Source: Octopus sinensis | Lineage: Eukaryota | NCBI RefSeq assembly: GCF_006345805.1 | Contig: NC_043019.1 | Coordinates: 21,761,360 to 21,825,359, forward strand | Reading direction: 5' to 3' | Length of the DNA: 64,000 nt | Shown: positions 13,775 to 26,191 of the stretch, one piece after another | Position numbering within the stretch: the stretch's first letter is position 1 | Layout: every line of letters begins with the position of its first letter | Notes under the pieces: model-generated | Told to the model about the DNA's origin: nothing | The model's database searches: none | Seen by the model: only the letters and a program-made list of their open reading frames with translations | Made by a program: the position numbers and the translations under genes

Positions 13775-14819
13775 ATGCATACATGCGTGCGCATGCACAC
13801 ACACACACACACATGTACACAATGGGTACTTGCACAGATGAGTTTTCCCCACACAAGGCACTGACCACCCCAATGCTGTCTCAGGAGACACTTGCTCAAT
13901 GTGCCACACACTGAGTTGGTACGTGGAACCAGGTGGTTATGAAGTGAACTAATTACCCACACAGCCATCCTTCTGGTGATGGTTGAACTCTTTATGGTAA
14001 ATATGTATCTACATTTCCTAATTTTTTTTTAAGCAGACTATTTTGTGTAGAAACACAAAACCAATTCCACAGTAAGTAAAGTGTATTCAACCTAAGGCAG
14101 CTCCTCAGTCCACAATCTTTTATTCACATTATGTTGCTTTGTGTATCTGCATAATCACTTTATATATCTATTTATTTGAAATATCTAAACACGTGTGTGT
14201 CTGGGTGTGCATATGGAATGGTGGTACATATGTGTACACAATATATATATTGTAAGGATGGAATCATTGGCTATTTGCCAATACAGCAAACCCAGCCAAC
14301 TCATGTCAACACTGAAAAGCAAACATTAATATATAACAATAGTAATCTATGCATGCTTAAGCATATTATAAATGAATATAATTCATATATGATATATATG
14401 TAAATGTGTATAGGCTTGTGTAGTATATACATATACATAACAATACATATGCATATGTGTGTAATCAATATCTGAGGGCTTAGTATGTGTAAATGGCTTA
14501 AAAGCCTACTTCCCAATCACGGGGGCCCAGGTTTGTTACTACGACACAGCACCCAGAGAAAGTGTCCCATACTACATTTCTGGATCAATCCAGGTCTCAT
14601 GAGTGAAATTGGATAGGCAGAAACTATGGAAACCCATCAGATAAACTATATATGTAATTCAAATTGCCAATCTTGTCACACACAAATTTACAATGATTTT
14701 TACTGGAGGGTTATATTAAATACACCAGCATCTGTACCCTGTAGTATTTGTTCTCTGTGTTCTGTGTTCAAATGCTGTTGAGGTCAACTTTGCTGTCTTT
14801 CCAATGTTGATAAAATATA

Positions 14820-15750
14820 TCATCATCATCATTTAACGTTCGTTTTCCATGCAGGCATGGGTTGGACGGTTTGACTGAAAACTGATAAGCTGGGGGAGTC
14901 GCACCAGTTTCAATCTGATTTGGCATGGTTTCTACAGTTAGATGCCCTTTCTGATGCCAGCCACTCTGAGAGTGTAGTGGGTGCTTTTTATGTGCCAGTT
15001 ACAGAACACCAGTATTGGCCACAATTACAATCTCACTTGGCTTGACAGGTCTTCTCAAGCACAGCATATCACCCAATGTCTGAAGGGTGCTTTTTACATG
15101 CCATCATCATGACTGCTAGTTACACGACACTGGCATTGGCCATGACTGCAATTTCACTTGGCTCAATGGGTCTTCTCAAGCACAGCATATTGCCAAAGGT
15201 CTCAGTCACTGGTCATTGCCTCCATGAGGCCCAACGTTCTAAGATCATGCTTCATCACCTCATCCCATATCTTCTTGAGAGTCACATGTCATTGCCTCCA
15301 TGAAGCCTAATGTTCAAAGATCATACTTCATCCCCTTGTCCTATGTCTTCCCAGGTCTATTTCTTCCACAAGTTCCCTCCACATTTAGAGATCATCCACA
15401 CACATTACATGGCCATACTAGTGCAGTTGTCTCTCTTGTGCACCACATTGGATGCTTCTTAGGTACAACTTTTCTCTCAAGAAGCTTACACTCTGTTGTA
15501 TCTGCACACTGATTCTGTACATCCAGTGAAACATACCAGCTTCATTTCTTTCAAGCTTTCACATGTCCTTGGCAGTCACAGCCCATATTTCACTGCCATA
15601 TAACAAGGCTGTTCACACACAGGCATCATACAATCTGCTTTTCACTCTGAAGGAGAGGCCCTTTGTTACTAACAGCGGTAAGGGCTCTCTGAACTTTGCC
15701 CAGTCTATTCTTATTCTAACACCTATGCTCCCGGAGCATCCACCTTCGTA
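14820..15750 (-). mobile_element. RTE-clade LINE 3' fragment with 3' UTR and (GAT)n tail
   Basis: Minus-strand translation: WAKFREPLPLLVTKGLSFRVKSRLYDACV*TALLYGSEIWAVT...ERQLH*YGHV...KKIWDEVMKHDLRTLGL. These are the post-RT LYGSETW, WYGHV and GRPxKTW motifs of RTE elements. The tail reads (CAT)n on the plus strand at 14820. Confidence 0.8.
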
Positions 15751-17039
15751 CTGTCACAAGATTTTACATTTATGATTACAAGTATATGTGCGGAATACTC
15801 AGCCACTTATAATTCAATGAACCTGAAGTTCTATTGATCAAACACCTGAAGTACTCAAACTGGCAACAGATGCCTTTAAAAATCAATATATACACATACA
15901 TTTAAGTGCATGCACATGTAAGCTGAATCAAAACACCTTCCCCTGTATGCTTCGTCAACAACGCAATTATCAACAGCATGAGAATCCAGAAAAGAAACTA
16001 AAATTATTACAAAATATTTTATCAGTTGCTTTCATTAAATTTTTTTTAAATAATTAATTAAAAATATTAAAATATTAAAATAAAAGCAACATTTTAAAGA
16101 TAAAAACTGAGAAGTAATGAATAATTCACAGGTATTTATCAATTAATTATCAGATTAAGTGTTTTCAGTTATAAGGATCAGAGTTGGCAGAGTTGAAGGG
16201 TGTTGGACTACAAGGTGGACAATGGATAATTCATATCCTGCTGATAGCCAAGACACATGGCTCATGTTGTCTCAACCCATCAGTTATAAGTATTTTGTTA
16301 CTTTTTAATTAGTGGGGTTTGATTTGAGGGAGATTTGGTTGCGCTTTCTAGCAGACCAAATGAAAGGTCTCCTCTTTCTTTGGTCCCATAACCCTCATTT
16401 CCAGGATACCAGTTGAAATATGTGTTATCTTTCAATTCCCAAGATACGTGTGAGAAATATTGACCTGACTTCCTAATAAAGACCAGACAAGGTGCAGAAG
16501 GGGCCAGTAGAAGTACCTACATGTGCTGTGTGCATGTTTGCATGCACAAGTGAGTATGTATGCATACATGCAGAACAGTGGTGCACTGCAATGAGATATC
16601 TCAGTGCACCATGGATTTTTAAAAATATATAATCTAAAACTTTAGAAAATCCATACTAACACTTGAGAGTTTTGAAAAAAACGGTTAATAATGATTTTGT
16701 TAGGCAGGAATATAATTAATAAAATATGGTAAGAAATAGTTTATATATATCTATCTAAATTCCAACTTTTAAAATGTGTTTTTTTTTTTTGTCCTGTTTC
16801 CCATACGAAGTGCACCAGTAATTTTTAGTTTTCAATGTAATATTTTATTTGATCTCAGATGCATCTAGAAGGCTAAAGTATTGAGAAGCAGATGTTACTG
16901 ACAAACATTACTTTAACATACACACAGCTAACATATGCATGACTAACATGTACAACTATAGAATATTAAATATAAAATGTTCCATGTTGCACTAGGTCCA
17001 GCAGAAAGGGATATTTATAGCACAATGTGCAACAAATCA

Positions 17040-18135
17040 CTAATAATGCCCTGATGCAATACCAGGCAGTTGCTCCTTTGGTTTCTGATCTTAACTGATT
17101 GGAAGTGTTATCGTGTACATGTTTTGTCTTGGTATAAAAGAGGGGCTACAGCAAATATTCTGCTCAAAACCACAGATTTGCTTGTTAGTTCCTTGACCTT
17201 TATCAGTTGAGCCTGTTCCTTAGTAGCTGACAATATGTGCATCTCTGATCACAAGCAAAAGTATTGGGGGAGCATCATAGCCATGTGTTGAAAGGAATTC
17301 TTTGGGGCTTGAATAATTCACCACAGGAAATATGGTTGTTTCGTTCAACAATTTCTTAAACAAGCCTTAATTGGGAACCTTTTGAGCAGGGTGGGCTACT
17401 CAACAGGAAGAAAATTCTAACTGGGCCCCACCTACAAGGTCATGCACTGCTAATCTCGATATAAAATTAACCTGTCACACACATATAGTTGTGATGCATG
17501 TACCTGGTATACCCTTATCAGATGGGTAGTCATGATGGTTATATCAGGCTTTATATATTTGTACCCCAGTGTCACTTTGATGGCATGCGATGCTCTCTCA
17601 CTCAATAATAATAATAATAATAACACTATAATCTCAAGGCATGAAATTTGATGGAGGAGGGAGCAGTCAACTAAATTTACCCAAAATATTTAACTGCTAT
17701 TTCAGATTAGTTTGTCAGTTGCTTGACTTTAATCAGTTGAGCACTTTCCTTAGTGCATCGTTGATCACAAGTAGGAGAGTATCATGACCACATGTTAAGA
17801 GGAATTCCTTGGGGTTTGAATAATTCACCTCTGAAAACATGGGTGTTTTGTTCATCATCCTTAAACAACCCTTATTCAGAGACCCTTAGAATGGAATAGG
17901 CTACTCAACCTGAAGAAAATTCTGCACCATTTATCTTGATATGAGATCACCATGTCATGCACATACGGTTGTGGTGCATGCACCTGGTGTACCTTTATCA
18001 GACAGGTAGTCCTGATTAGTATATATTTCACTTTGATGGTGTGTACTGCTCTCTCACTCATGTGCCTAGTAAACCCTTATCAGACGGGTAGTCATGTTAG
18101 GTATATTTAAATTTCATATATTTGTACCCAAGTAA
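17040..18135 (+). mobile_element. Two adjacent diverged partial copies of an interspersed repeat, probably a non-LTR retroelement 3' end
   Basis: Shared blocks GGAATTC.TTGGGG.TTGAATAATTCACC and CTTATCAGA..GGTAGTC.TGAT at about 17290-17620 and 17800-18060. The first copy ends in (AAT)n. The clade was not identified. Confidence 0.5.
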
Positions 18136-18840
18136 TATAAAAGAATAAAAAAGCTAATTCCCCCAAATGGGGCAGCCGTAGATGACTTTAAGTAAAGAGC
18201 CTTCTCCCAGTTCTTGTCCCAAACCTACAGCCATAAAGTCAGCGTAGCACTATTTAGCTATATCAATTTCATCACTCATACTCATATTTCATAAAATTTA
18301 TTGGAGTACAACACCTCCTTCTTTACTCTTACATTCCTCAAGTGGTACTAGAAGAAATTTGTGAAGGTTTCACCTGAAACACAAAACTCTGTCCTCAAAC
18401 CTTTCAACTACATCTACTACATAAACTACTTTTACCATAACCACTCTGAAATGTAAACTACCTGCTCTTCTTTGACAAAGGTGAAGGGTTGGTAGATTCA
18501 GTTGAATGCCAGATCAATCTCACATGATAGCTGTTCAAAATAAGCCCACCAATTAACAATGAACTTAACAGGTGCATTGGATGGAATTATCACACTCTAT
18601 ACATCTCAGACAGGTTTGGTTGCTGGCAGTTCTATTATGACCATACCTGTAGAGTCTATCCTAACCAAGTTAAGTTCTCCTTTAGCACTACCAGGCCAAA
18701 GACTCTCAGTAATTCTTTATACTTTCTGACCAGACATCCTCATAACCCCCATACACGCCCTGAATCACTACCAGACCATCACTGCTTCCACTAACACTCA
18801 ACAAAATGCAATGATTGATAGTTTACAAGCCACATTTTTT

Positions 18841-19051
18841 TTTTACTTGTTTCAGTCATTTGACTACGGCCATGCTGGAGCACCGCCTTTAATCGAGCAA
18901 CTTAACCCCAAGACTTATTCTTTGTAAGCCCAGTACTTATTCTATTGGTCTCTTTTGCCGAACTGCTAAGTGACGGGGGACGTAAACACACCAGCATCGG
19001 TTGTCAAGCAATGCTAGGGGGACAAACACAGACACACAAACACACACATAC

Positions 19052-19098
<47 letters not shown>

Positions 19099-19265
19099 TA
19101 CGACGGGCTTCTTTCAGTTTCCGTCTACCAAATCCACTCACAAGGCTTTGGTCGGCCCGAGGCTATAGTAGAAGACACTTGCCCAAGGTGCCACGCAGTG
19201 GGACTGAACCCGGAACCATGTGGTTGGTAAACAAGCTACTTACCACACAGCCACTCCTGCGCCTA
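18841..19265 (-). mobile_element. Family-A tRNA-derived SINE with internal (TA)/(TG) microsatellite, young full copy
   Basis: Head TAGGCGCAGGAGTGGCTGTGTGG...GGTTCAGTCC (A and B boxes); end ...CAGTCAAATGACTGAAACAAGTAAAA. It is the dominant repeat of the window; further copies or fragments lie near 2770, 5040, 6620, 11520, 31620, 39780 and 45800. Confidence 0.85.
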
Positions 19266-19399
19266 TTGTCAAAAAATGCTGTCCAACATTAACTGAATAC
19301 AGATTTACAGCAAAAATAATGGCTTCTCTCACTCAACTGTTGTTCTCCAATTGAAAGGGCACATGCTTAGGGTAGTTCCATTCACCCAAATCATTCTTG

Positions 19400-19870
19400 C
19401 CAATTACCTACTTTCTAAAAAATTCACTAGAGAAGAGCACATTCCACTCCACCCTCATTTTTCTTTTCAAGTGAAAGGTGCCTACTCTCAAGCTTTCAGA
19501 CCCACCAACCACACAGCTTCTTTCACCATTGCAATGAGACAGAGGAATGCTGACCTGCCTCGTTAAAAAAGAAGAGTGATGGGTGATCCTAATGGTGTAT
19601 GGATGATTGTCAGATTTGTTTTGCACATGACAACAGCTATTCGACATAATTCCACAAGTCAGCAATGCACGGTAACTGAATGCATACATGCAGCATGGTT
19701 TTGTCACACAATATGCATCTCAGACAGTCCTGTCTGATGGCATTTCTGTACCTGTAGAGTGTATCTCAAACTGCAGATGCCCACTGCGGCATTGCAGACC
19801 AAGGATTTCTGGAAGTTATCCATAATAGTCCCCAACCTAAAAATACTCTGGAATAGACCAGCTAATTCAT
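19400..19870 (-). mobile_element. Tx1/L1-clade LINE C-terminal remnant (zinc-binding region)
   Basis: Frameshifted minus-strand translation: DTLYRYRNAIRQDCLRC...KTMLHVCIQLPCIADLWNYVE*LL...FLCLIAMVKEAVW. This resembles the CxxC-H-C zinc-finger tail of Tx1-type ORF2. Confidence 0.55.
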
Positions 19871-19893
19871 CCTTGTCAATACCTAGAATTTCC

Positions 19894-20117
19894 TTAACCC
19901 TTTCGTTACCATATTTATTTTTGAGATGCTCCGAGTTTCTTTCAATTATTTTAAATATAACAAAGAATTAAGTAAAATGACTTAGTTATCATTAAGCTAG
20001 TGTTAGGAACATAACTCGTAACTAATGTTTGGAGGAAAATTTTAATTCAAAATTTATGAAAACAAAACATTTGTACTACAGAGCCGGTTTCAGCCAGGTT
20101 GGTAACAAAAGGGTTAA
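19894..20117. mobile_element. piggyBac-type MITE, same family
   Basis: TTAA-CCCTTTCGTTAC...GTAACAAAAGGG-TTAA. Confidence 0.8.
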
Positions 20118-21362
20118 TACTTTCTAACAAATGCACACGAGGGGAAAAGTCAAATAGTTTAATCCCACTATTTTCCTGCTACTTATTTAGTCAACCCCAG
20201 GAGGTTGAAAAGCAAAAATCAACCTTAGTAAGATTTGAACTTACAACATCAAAAGCTGTAATTAAATACCACAAGGTATTTTGTTTGATGCTCTAATGAT
20301 TCTGTCAATATCCATAACATCCACTCTCAAGTTAGTAGGACCTGGTAGCATGTACCATGGTTTTATTAATTTGTTTTTAGGTACCAATGTAATCATGAGC
20401 AGATACAGAGAATCTCTCAGTCCTTAAACCCTTGATTCAGCAGAACATTGAATATATGACAGTTGTGGGAAGAGAGGACTGAACTAGCACTCAGCGGGTA
20501 CTCATTTCAGCTGCACTGACCAGAGCGATGTGAAATAAAGTACATAGCACAAAAGTAAAAGATGTCACATGCTCCATGAATTGAACTCACAATCTTAAGA
20601 TTGCTAGCCCAACATGCTAACCAATAGGCCCAAACCTCAACAAAATAAAACAGATGTCATATACAAACAGAGCTATCTTAAGGCATAGGGCACACTGGAC
20701 ATTTCCTGGGGTTGATACAAGACTAGGGCCCAATCCTGATCTATGTATGTTGTGACTTGCTGTCATTAAATAAATACTATACGGTCAAGTGCATTGATAT
20801 GCTATGCAAGAAGGCAGGGGACAGAATGTTACTAGGACAACCTTGTATACAAATAGATGTCTAGACTCTTTAAAAGACAGTGGTGCATAAGAATGCACCT
20901 GGTGATGCAGTTGAAACTTGCAAGTATAAATAACACAGATGTTGAGAAGTGATGATGGAAATATTTTTGGAACATAATATTTTTTCCTGCTTTACTTATG
21001 GAAAAGAAAATGAGAATCAATCAACTATCATCTAAAGTAAATTTAGCAGCAACGTTAGTTCATGAGAAAACAGTATTATTCTTTTTGCTTTAAAAAAATA
21101 TCAATTTAAGCTTTAAAGTAGAATTGCAATTAAATTTTGTTTGCAATAAAATTCTGTAAAACAAATAATAAAAAAAAAAATTTGTTTTGCGGGTATGCAA
21201 AAAAAGGTAAGAAAATTTACAACTTATGTTTACAAATTATGTGAAGACAATAATTAAAATAATATATTTCACTTGAGTTAATTTAAATTTCTAATTATAT
21301 ATACATACATATATACACATATGTATATATCTACTACGTACATACATATATATATATACACA

Positions 21363-21726
21363 CAGGCGCAGCTGTGGGTAAGAAGCTTGCTCCCCAACCA
21401 CAAGATTCCAGGTTCAGTCCCACTACATGGCACCTTGGGCAAGTGTCTTCTACTATAGCCTCATTCTATTGGTCCTTGTGAATGGATTTGATAGACGGAA
21501 ACTGAAAGAAGCCTGTCGTGTGTGTGTGTGTTTTTGTTTCCCCACCATCGCTTGACAACCAATGTTGGTGTGTTTACATCCGTGTAACCTAGCAGTTTGG
21601 CAAAAGTGACCATTAGAGTAAGTACTAGGCTTACAAAGAATAAATCCTGGGGTTAATTTGTTCAACTAGAAGGAGGTGCACCAGCATGGCCACAGTCAAA
21701 TGACTAAAACTAGTAAAAGAGAAAAG
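21363..21726 (+). mobile_element. Family-A SINE
   Basis: Head CAGGCGCAGCTGTGGGTAAG...GGTTCAGTCC; tail CAGTCAAATGACTAAAACTAGTAAAAGAG. Confidence 0.8.
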
Positions 21727-21760
21727 GGGTACATATTTTTTATTTATATATATATAAATT

Positions 21761-22147
21761 TCTTTTACTTGTTTCATTCATTTGACTGGGGCCATGCTGG
21801 AGCACCACCTTAAAGGGTGTTAGTGGAAGAAATCGCCCCTAGGAATTATTCTTTATTAGCCTAGTACTTATTCTATTGGTCCCTTTTGCCAAACTCCTAA
21901 GTTACGGGACATAAACACACCAGCGTCAGTTGTCAGGCAATGGCGGGGGGAGAGACACAGACACACAAATATATACATATATATATGATGGGCTTCTTCC
22001 AGTTTCCCATACCAAATCCATTTACAAGGCTTTGGTTAGCTGAGGCTATAGTAGAAGATACTTGCCCAAGATGCTATGCAATGGGACTGAACCTGGAACC
22101 ATGTGGTTGGGAAGCAAGCTTTTTACCACACAGTCGCACCTGCGCCT

Positions 22148-22148
<1 letters not shown>
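21761..22148 (-). mobile_element. Family-A SINE, inverted tail-to-tail with 21363-21726
   Basis: The plus strand runs from TCTTTTACTTGTTTCATTCATTTGACTG to CACCTGCGCCTA. Confidence 0.8.
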
Positions 22149-22208
<60 letters not shown>

Positions 22209-22604
22209 CACATACATACACACACCATTTTATGACAGATTCTATGTGGTTGATCAATCTGCTAGAATGATAGCCAAATCTCACTCAAACAACACCCTTA
22301 CAGTCTTAAAAATGAACAGACACATTGCACGTGTAGGAAAAAAATAGGGCAATCTCAGCAAAAATATCTTTGATCATAAATCTGCCCAATCAGGGCTAAC
22401 CATGGACTAAATAACGACAATAACAGTGTATATTATTCTATAGTACAGTTTAGATTCCAAAACATCCAATGTTTCTACATCAGCAATTTAATGGATTTGG
22501 AAATAAAACACCAGCACACACACACACCTTCAATGCCACTTGAGTATTCTCAAATTAGTCATTAATAACCTCTATAAGTACATTTGCATATATACATGTG
22601 TGTC

Positions 22605-22635
<31 letters not shown>

Positions 22636-22740
22636 ATATATATATATATACACACACACGTGTGTGTGTCCTATAACTAGGTTACATATTAATGTGTATA
22701 AGTAAAATATATATATATACATATATATTATTCCTTCAAA

Positions 22741-22794
<54 letters not shown>

Positions 22795-23259
22795 CCCGTG
22801 CATGCACACATGCACACACACACACAAACAACAAACGTACACATGCAAATACAAATAGTCACACGTAAGTATTAATCACAAATATCAGAAGTTTGTACCA
22901 CATGTATGACACATCACACACACACATTACATTCAAACATTCACATGCCTGTATGTGAATCATTGACTGGAGTTTACTTCTAACATAAACACACGGATAG
23001 AAGAAAGAAAAAATATTCAGGTTCTTGTCGGAAATATACAATGAAGATGAAAATATCTTTATAATACACGCACGAAAAAATACCTAATACCCCCTTCACA
23101 CAAACACACAAGCAGACAAATACTACAAAACACACACACAACTTTGCCTTCATCGAACAGAAAGCGGGAGTAAAAAACGTGGTTTGTTAAGCAACGAAAA
23201 GGGCAGATGGAAGAAAGGAAGAAAAAGAAATGGAAGTGGAAAGGCTCCCATTTACATAC

Positions 23260-23391
23260 CGGCTCTACCCTAGAAATGGGTCTGGATTTTCTTGGGCGAC
23301 CCCTATTCTCTGGTTTCATGAAATACATTGATGCAACAAACAATCCACATATTGCATCATGATAGGATCGGCTGAGTGGTATATCCATCAT
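23260..23391 (-). CDS. Candidate alternative first coding exon (44 codons, MMDIPLSRSYHDAICGLFVASMYFMKPENRGRPRKSRPISRVEP)
   Basis: Non-repetitive ORF. The second ATG is in a strong Kozak context (ATGATGG). It ends exactly at CCG|GTATGT, a good donor, in phase 0, the same phase and strand as the PDZ exon donor. The surrounding sequence retains CpG. No transcript evidence is available. Confidence 0.5.
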
Positions 23392-26150
23392 CGTAATTCG
23401 GTTGTAAAACCATTTTTTTTTTGTTTTTCTTTTTGAAGGGGTGGATACTTCTCTGGGTGGGGGGAAGAGGAACGGTAGGTGGGGGTGTTTTTGTTTTTGC
23501 CTTGTTTGTTTGTTTGTCTTGAAGCAGGTTGTTGTGATTTGGGAGATATTTTTGTGTTATTTCATTATTTCCTCCGTATTTGCAGGAATATAAACACTTT
23601 CCAAACGATTCCACACTGATTAGATGTTTGGTTAGGTAGGCAGTTAGTTCGTTAGATAGTTATTTACTTCTAAATTACAATACCTGAACAACAAACACCA
23701 TCAACAATAACAATGATGAGAATAGTAGCAGCAGAAGAAATAGTAGTAGTAATAACAGCAACAACAACAGGGATAACGTTGACAACAATAACAACAATAA
23801 TTTTATAGAAATTCCAATTAACCCTTTTTACTGACTGTGTTTTGGGGGATTGATTTTTTTTTTTTTGTAGAGTTGTTTGATTTCTTTTTGTTTGTTTTTG
23901 GTGATGATGCTAGCAGTTGTTTTTGTTTTTGACTCCCCTCTCTAACGTTCTCAGTCTGTCTTTCTTTCTTACATAGTCATACACCGAAGCTGAGAATTAA
24001 ATAATGCGGCATGTTCCAAACATCCCAGCAGAACGGAATCACGTTTCTGCTCACTAGAAACAAAATAGACGAACGGCGAGGACCAAAATATCGGGAAGTT
24101 TAGTCGAGGCAAATAGAGCGAGGAAAATAAAAATAAAATATGATAATATATAAAAATGTCTTCTTTTTTTTTTTTTTTGTTTTCTATTAAAGACTAACAA
24201 AAATAAATATCACACATGCATGCAATAAGAATACCAGCGATATCAATTTGAGTCTCAAGAAATGATAATTAAATATTATTAATAATAATGAAAGAAATAA
24301 AAAGAAAATGAATTTCTATGTTGGGTGGGGGGTAAGACTGAGGAATTATGATGGAAAGATTTGATTTAGGAAATAACTTGTAATCTTTGTTGGTCTACAA
24401 TTTCTTCTCCAGGCTAAAATATGCATGTCAACTTGACTAGAACTGACATCCATCATCAAACTCATATCTGTCAGTCACACTGGGCTCTGCAAGATGATGC
24501 CGTGGAAATGGTCCTCGATGGAGGTGGCGGTGGTGGTGGCGGCGGCAGTGATGGCAGCAGTGATGGTGGAACGGAATGGAATGGAATTAGTAGAATGTGC
24601 ATGTGTGTGCAAAAAAAAAAAGGGAGTGAAGAAAAGAAGGTGATGAAGTGCACACCCTAAAAGCAAAATAAACACCGCGACCAAATGGAAACCTCATCGA
24701 ATTATCAATTGCTCCACATATGACTATGCATGGGAGAATGGGATGAATGGAAATAGAATCGTCTAATTAGCAAGGTTGTGTTTATTGTTAATTTTCATTC
24801 CTTCCCTAACCTTTAATATATACCTTCCCTAACCTTTAATATATATTTATTTATACATTTATTTATTTTTATCTAGTAAAGTTTAACATTGTTTTTACCA
24901 CAAAAATTTTCAATTAAAAACAAAATTTTTTTTTAAAGATTTAATTTATTTAAAAAATATTTTATACCTTTTTGTGTGTATATATCTTTTCTTAAATAAA
25001 ACTATATTTCCTTTTGAAATTAAATTGGGTGTCATCAAGCTAAAATGAATGTGTACAGGAGAGGGGTATAAGTGGGTAGATGAGTATGTGTTTGTGTGTG
25101 TGTGTATGTATATATATAAAGATAATCAATTAATCAATAGATAAATAATATCATGCTATTTAAATCTAATATAATATAAACAAAAAACAAAAAAATCCAA
25201 AGAATATTTCAAATTTTTCAAATATTTAGACTCTGCAATTAATTTCCTTGAAACACTTCAATAATATTCATATGGAAAATTGATACAAAAAAAAATAAGG
25301 AAGAAAAAAGGTGAAATAATTTACAAAGAGAGAGAGAGAGGGAGGGAGAAATGAAGAAAGAAAGAAAAGCAAATTTTATTATTATTATTGCCAAAATTAT
25401 TCCTTTCCCTTCTCGTGTTGGTCAGTTTTAAGACACAACATCAACAATCTGAGAAAGAAAGAAAAAACAATCAATGCCAACTTTTGAAACAAAAGAAATT
25501 TGTTGGAACCACAGATTACCATAGAAATCTAGTCTCTCTCTCCCACCTCTCTACCTCTGTCTGTCTGTCTGTCTCTCTCTCTTTTCTCTGACTCTCTGTC
25601 TCTCCTTCTCAACCTCTATTTCTTTATTTGAAACTGTATTCCATGAGTAAAGAATCAACTTAGTAATTTTACCATTAACAAATAGTGAACACTTAGATCA
25701 ATAAAAGGGAGTGGAGAGAGAAATGCGGTGGAGTGGAAGTAACATTTTAGCTGCTGATGTAGGCGACAGTAGCAGCAGCAGCAGCAGCAGCAGGAGCAAC
25801 CCTTTTTTGTCTTCTTCTTCTTCTTATTATTATTATTATTATTCAAACTGTACTGTGACGATACCACAACAAGCTGTGCAAGAAAAGGCATGGCAGAGAA
25901 AAGAAAAGAAGGGGAGAAGGAACAGAGAGAGAGAAAAGGAGAGAAAGGAGGAAAAGGAGAGAAAGGAGGAAAAGGAGAGAAAGGAGCAAAAGGAGTCAAG
26001 AGGAAAAGAGAGATTATAAGGTAGTGGAGAGGGAGAGCAATTTTTTTTTTTGTAGCTGGAAGATTGGAGATGGGGAGAATGAAAGAGAGCATTGGAAAGT
26101 TTTGAACAAGCAATTGCTTCTGACTGACTGTCTGTCTGTCTGTCTGTCTC

Positions 26151-26191
<41 letters not shown>

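Noticed and set aside
18500-18800. Possible additional LINE 3' remnant
   Set aside because: Only faint similarity to LINE C-terminal motifs; too degenerate to support a call.
23290-23310. RGRPRK as an AT-hook DNA-binding motif
   Set aside because: A single short basic motif in an unverified exon; equally compatible with a basic membrane-binding or NLS patch, so it is not called.
24421-24684. Poly-Gly/poly-Pro ORFs on both strands
   Set aside because: Driven by a (GGT/GGC)n tract, with no usable splice donor. More likely UTR or promoter sequence.
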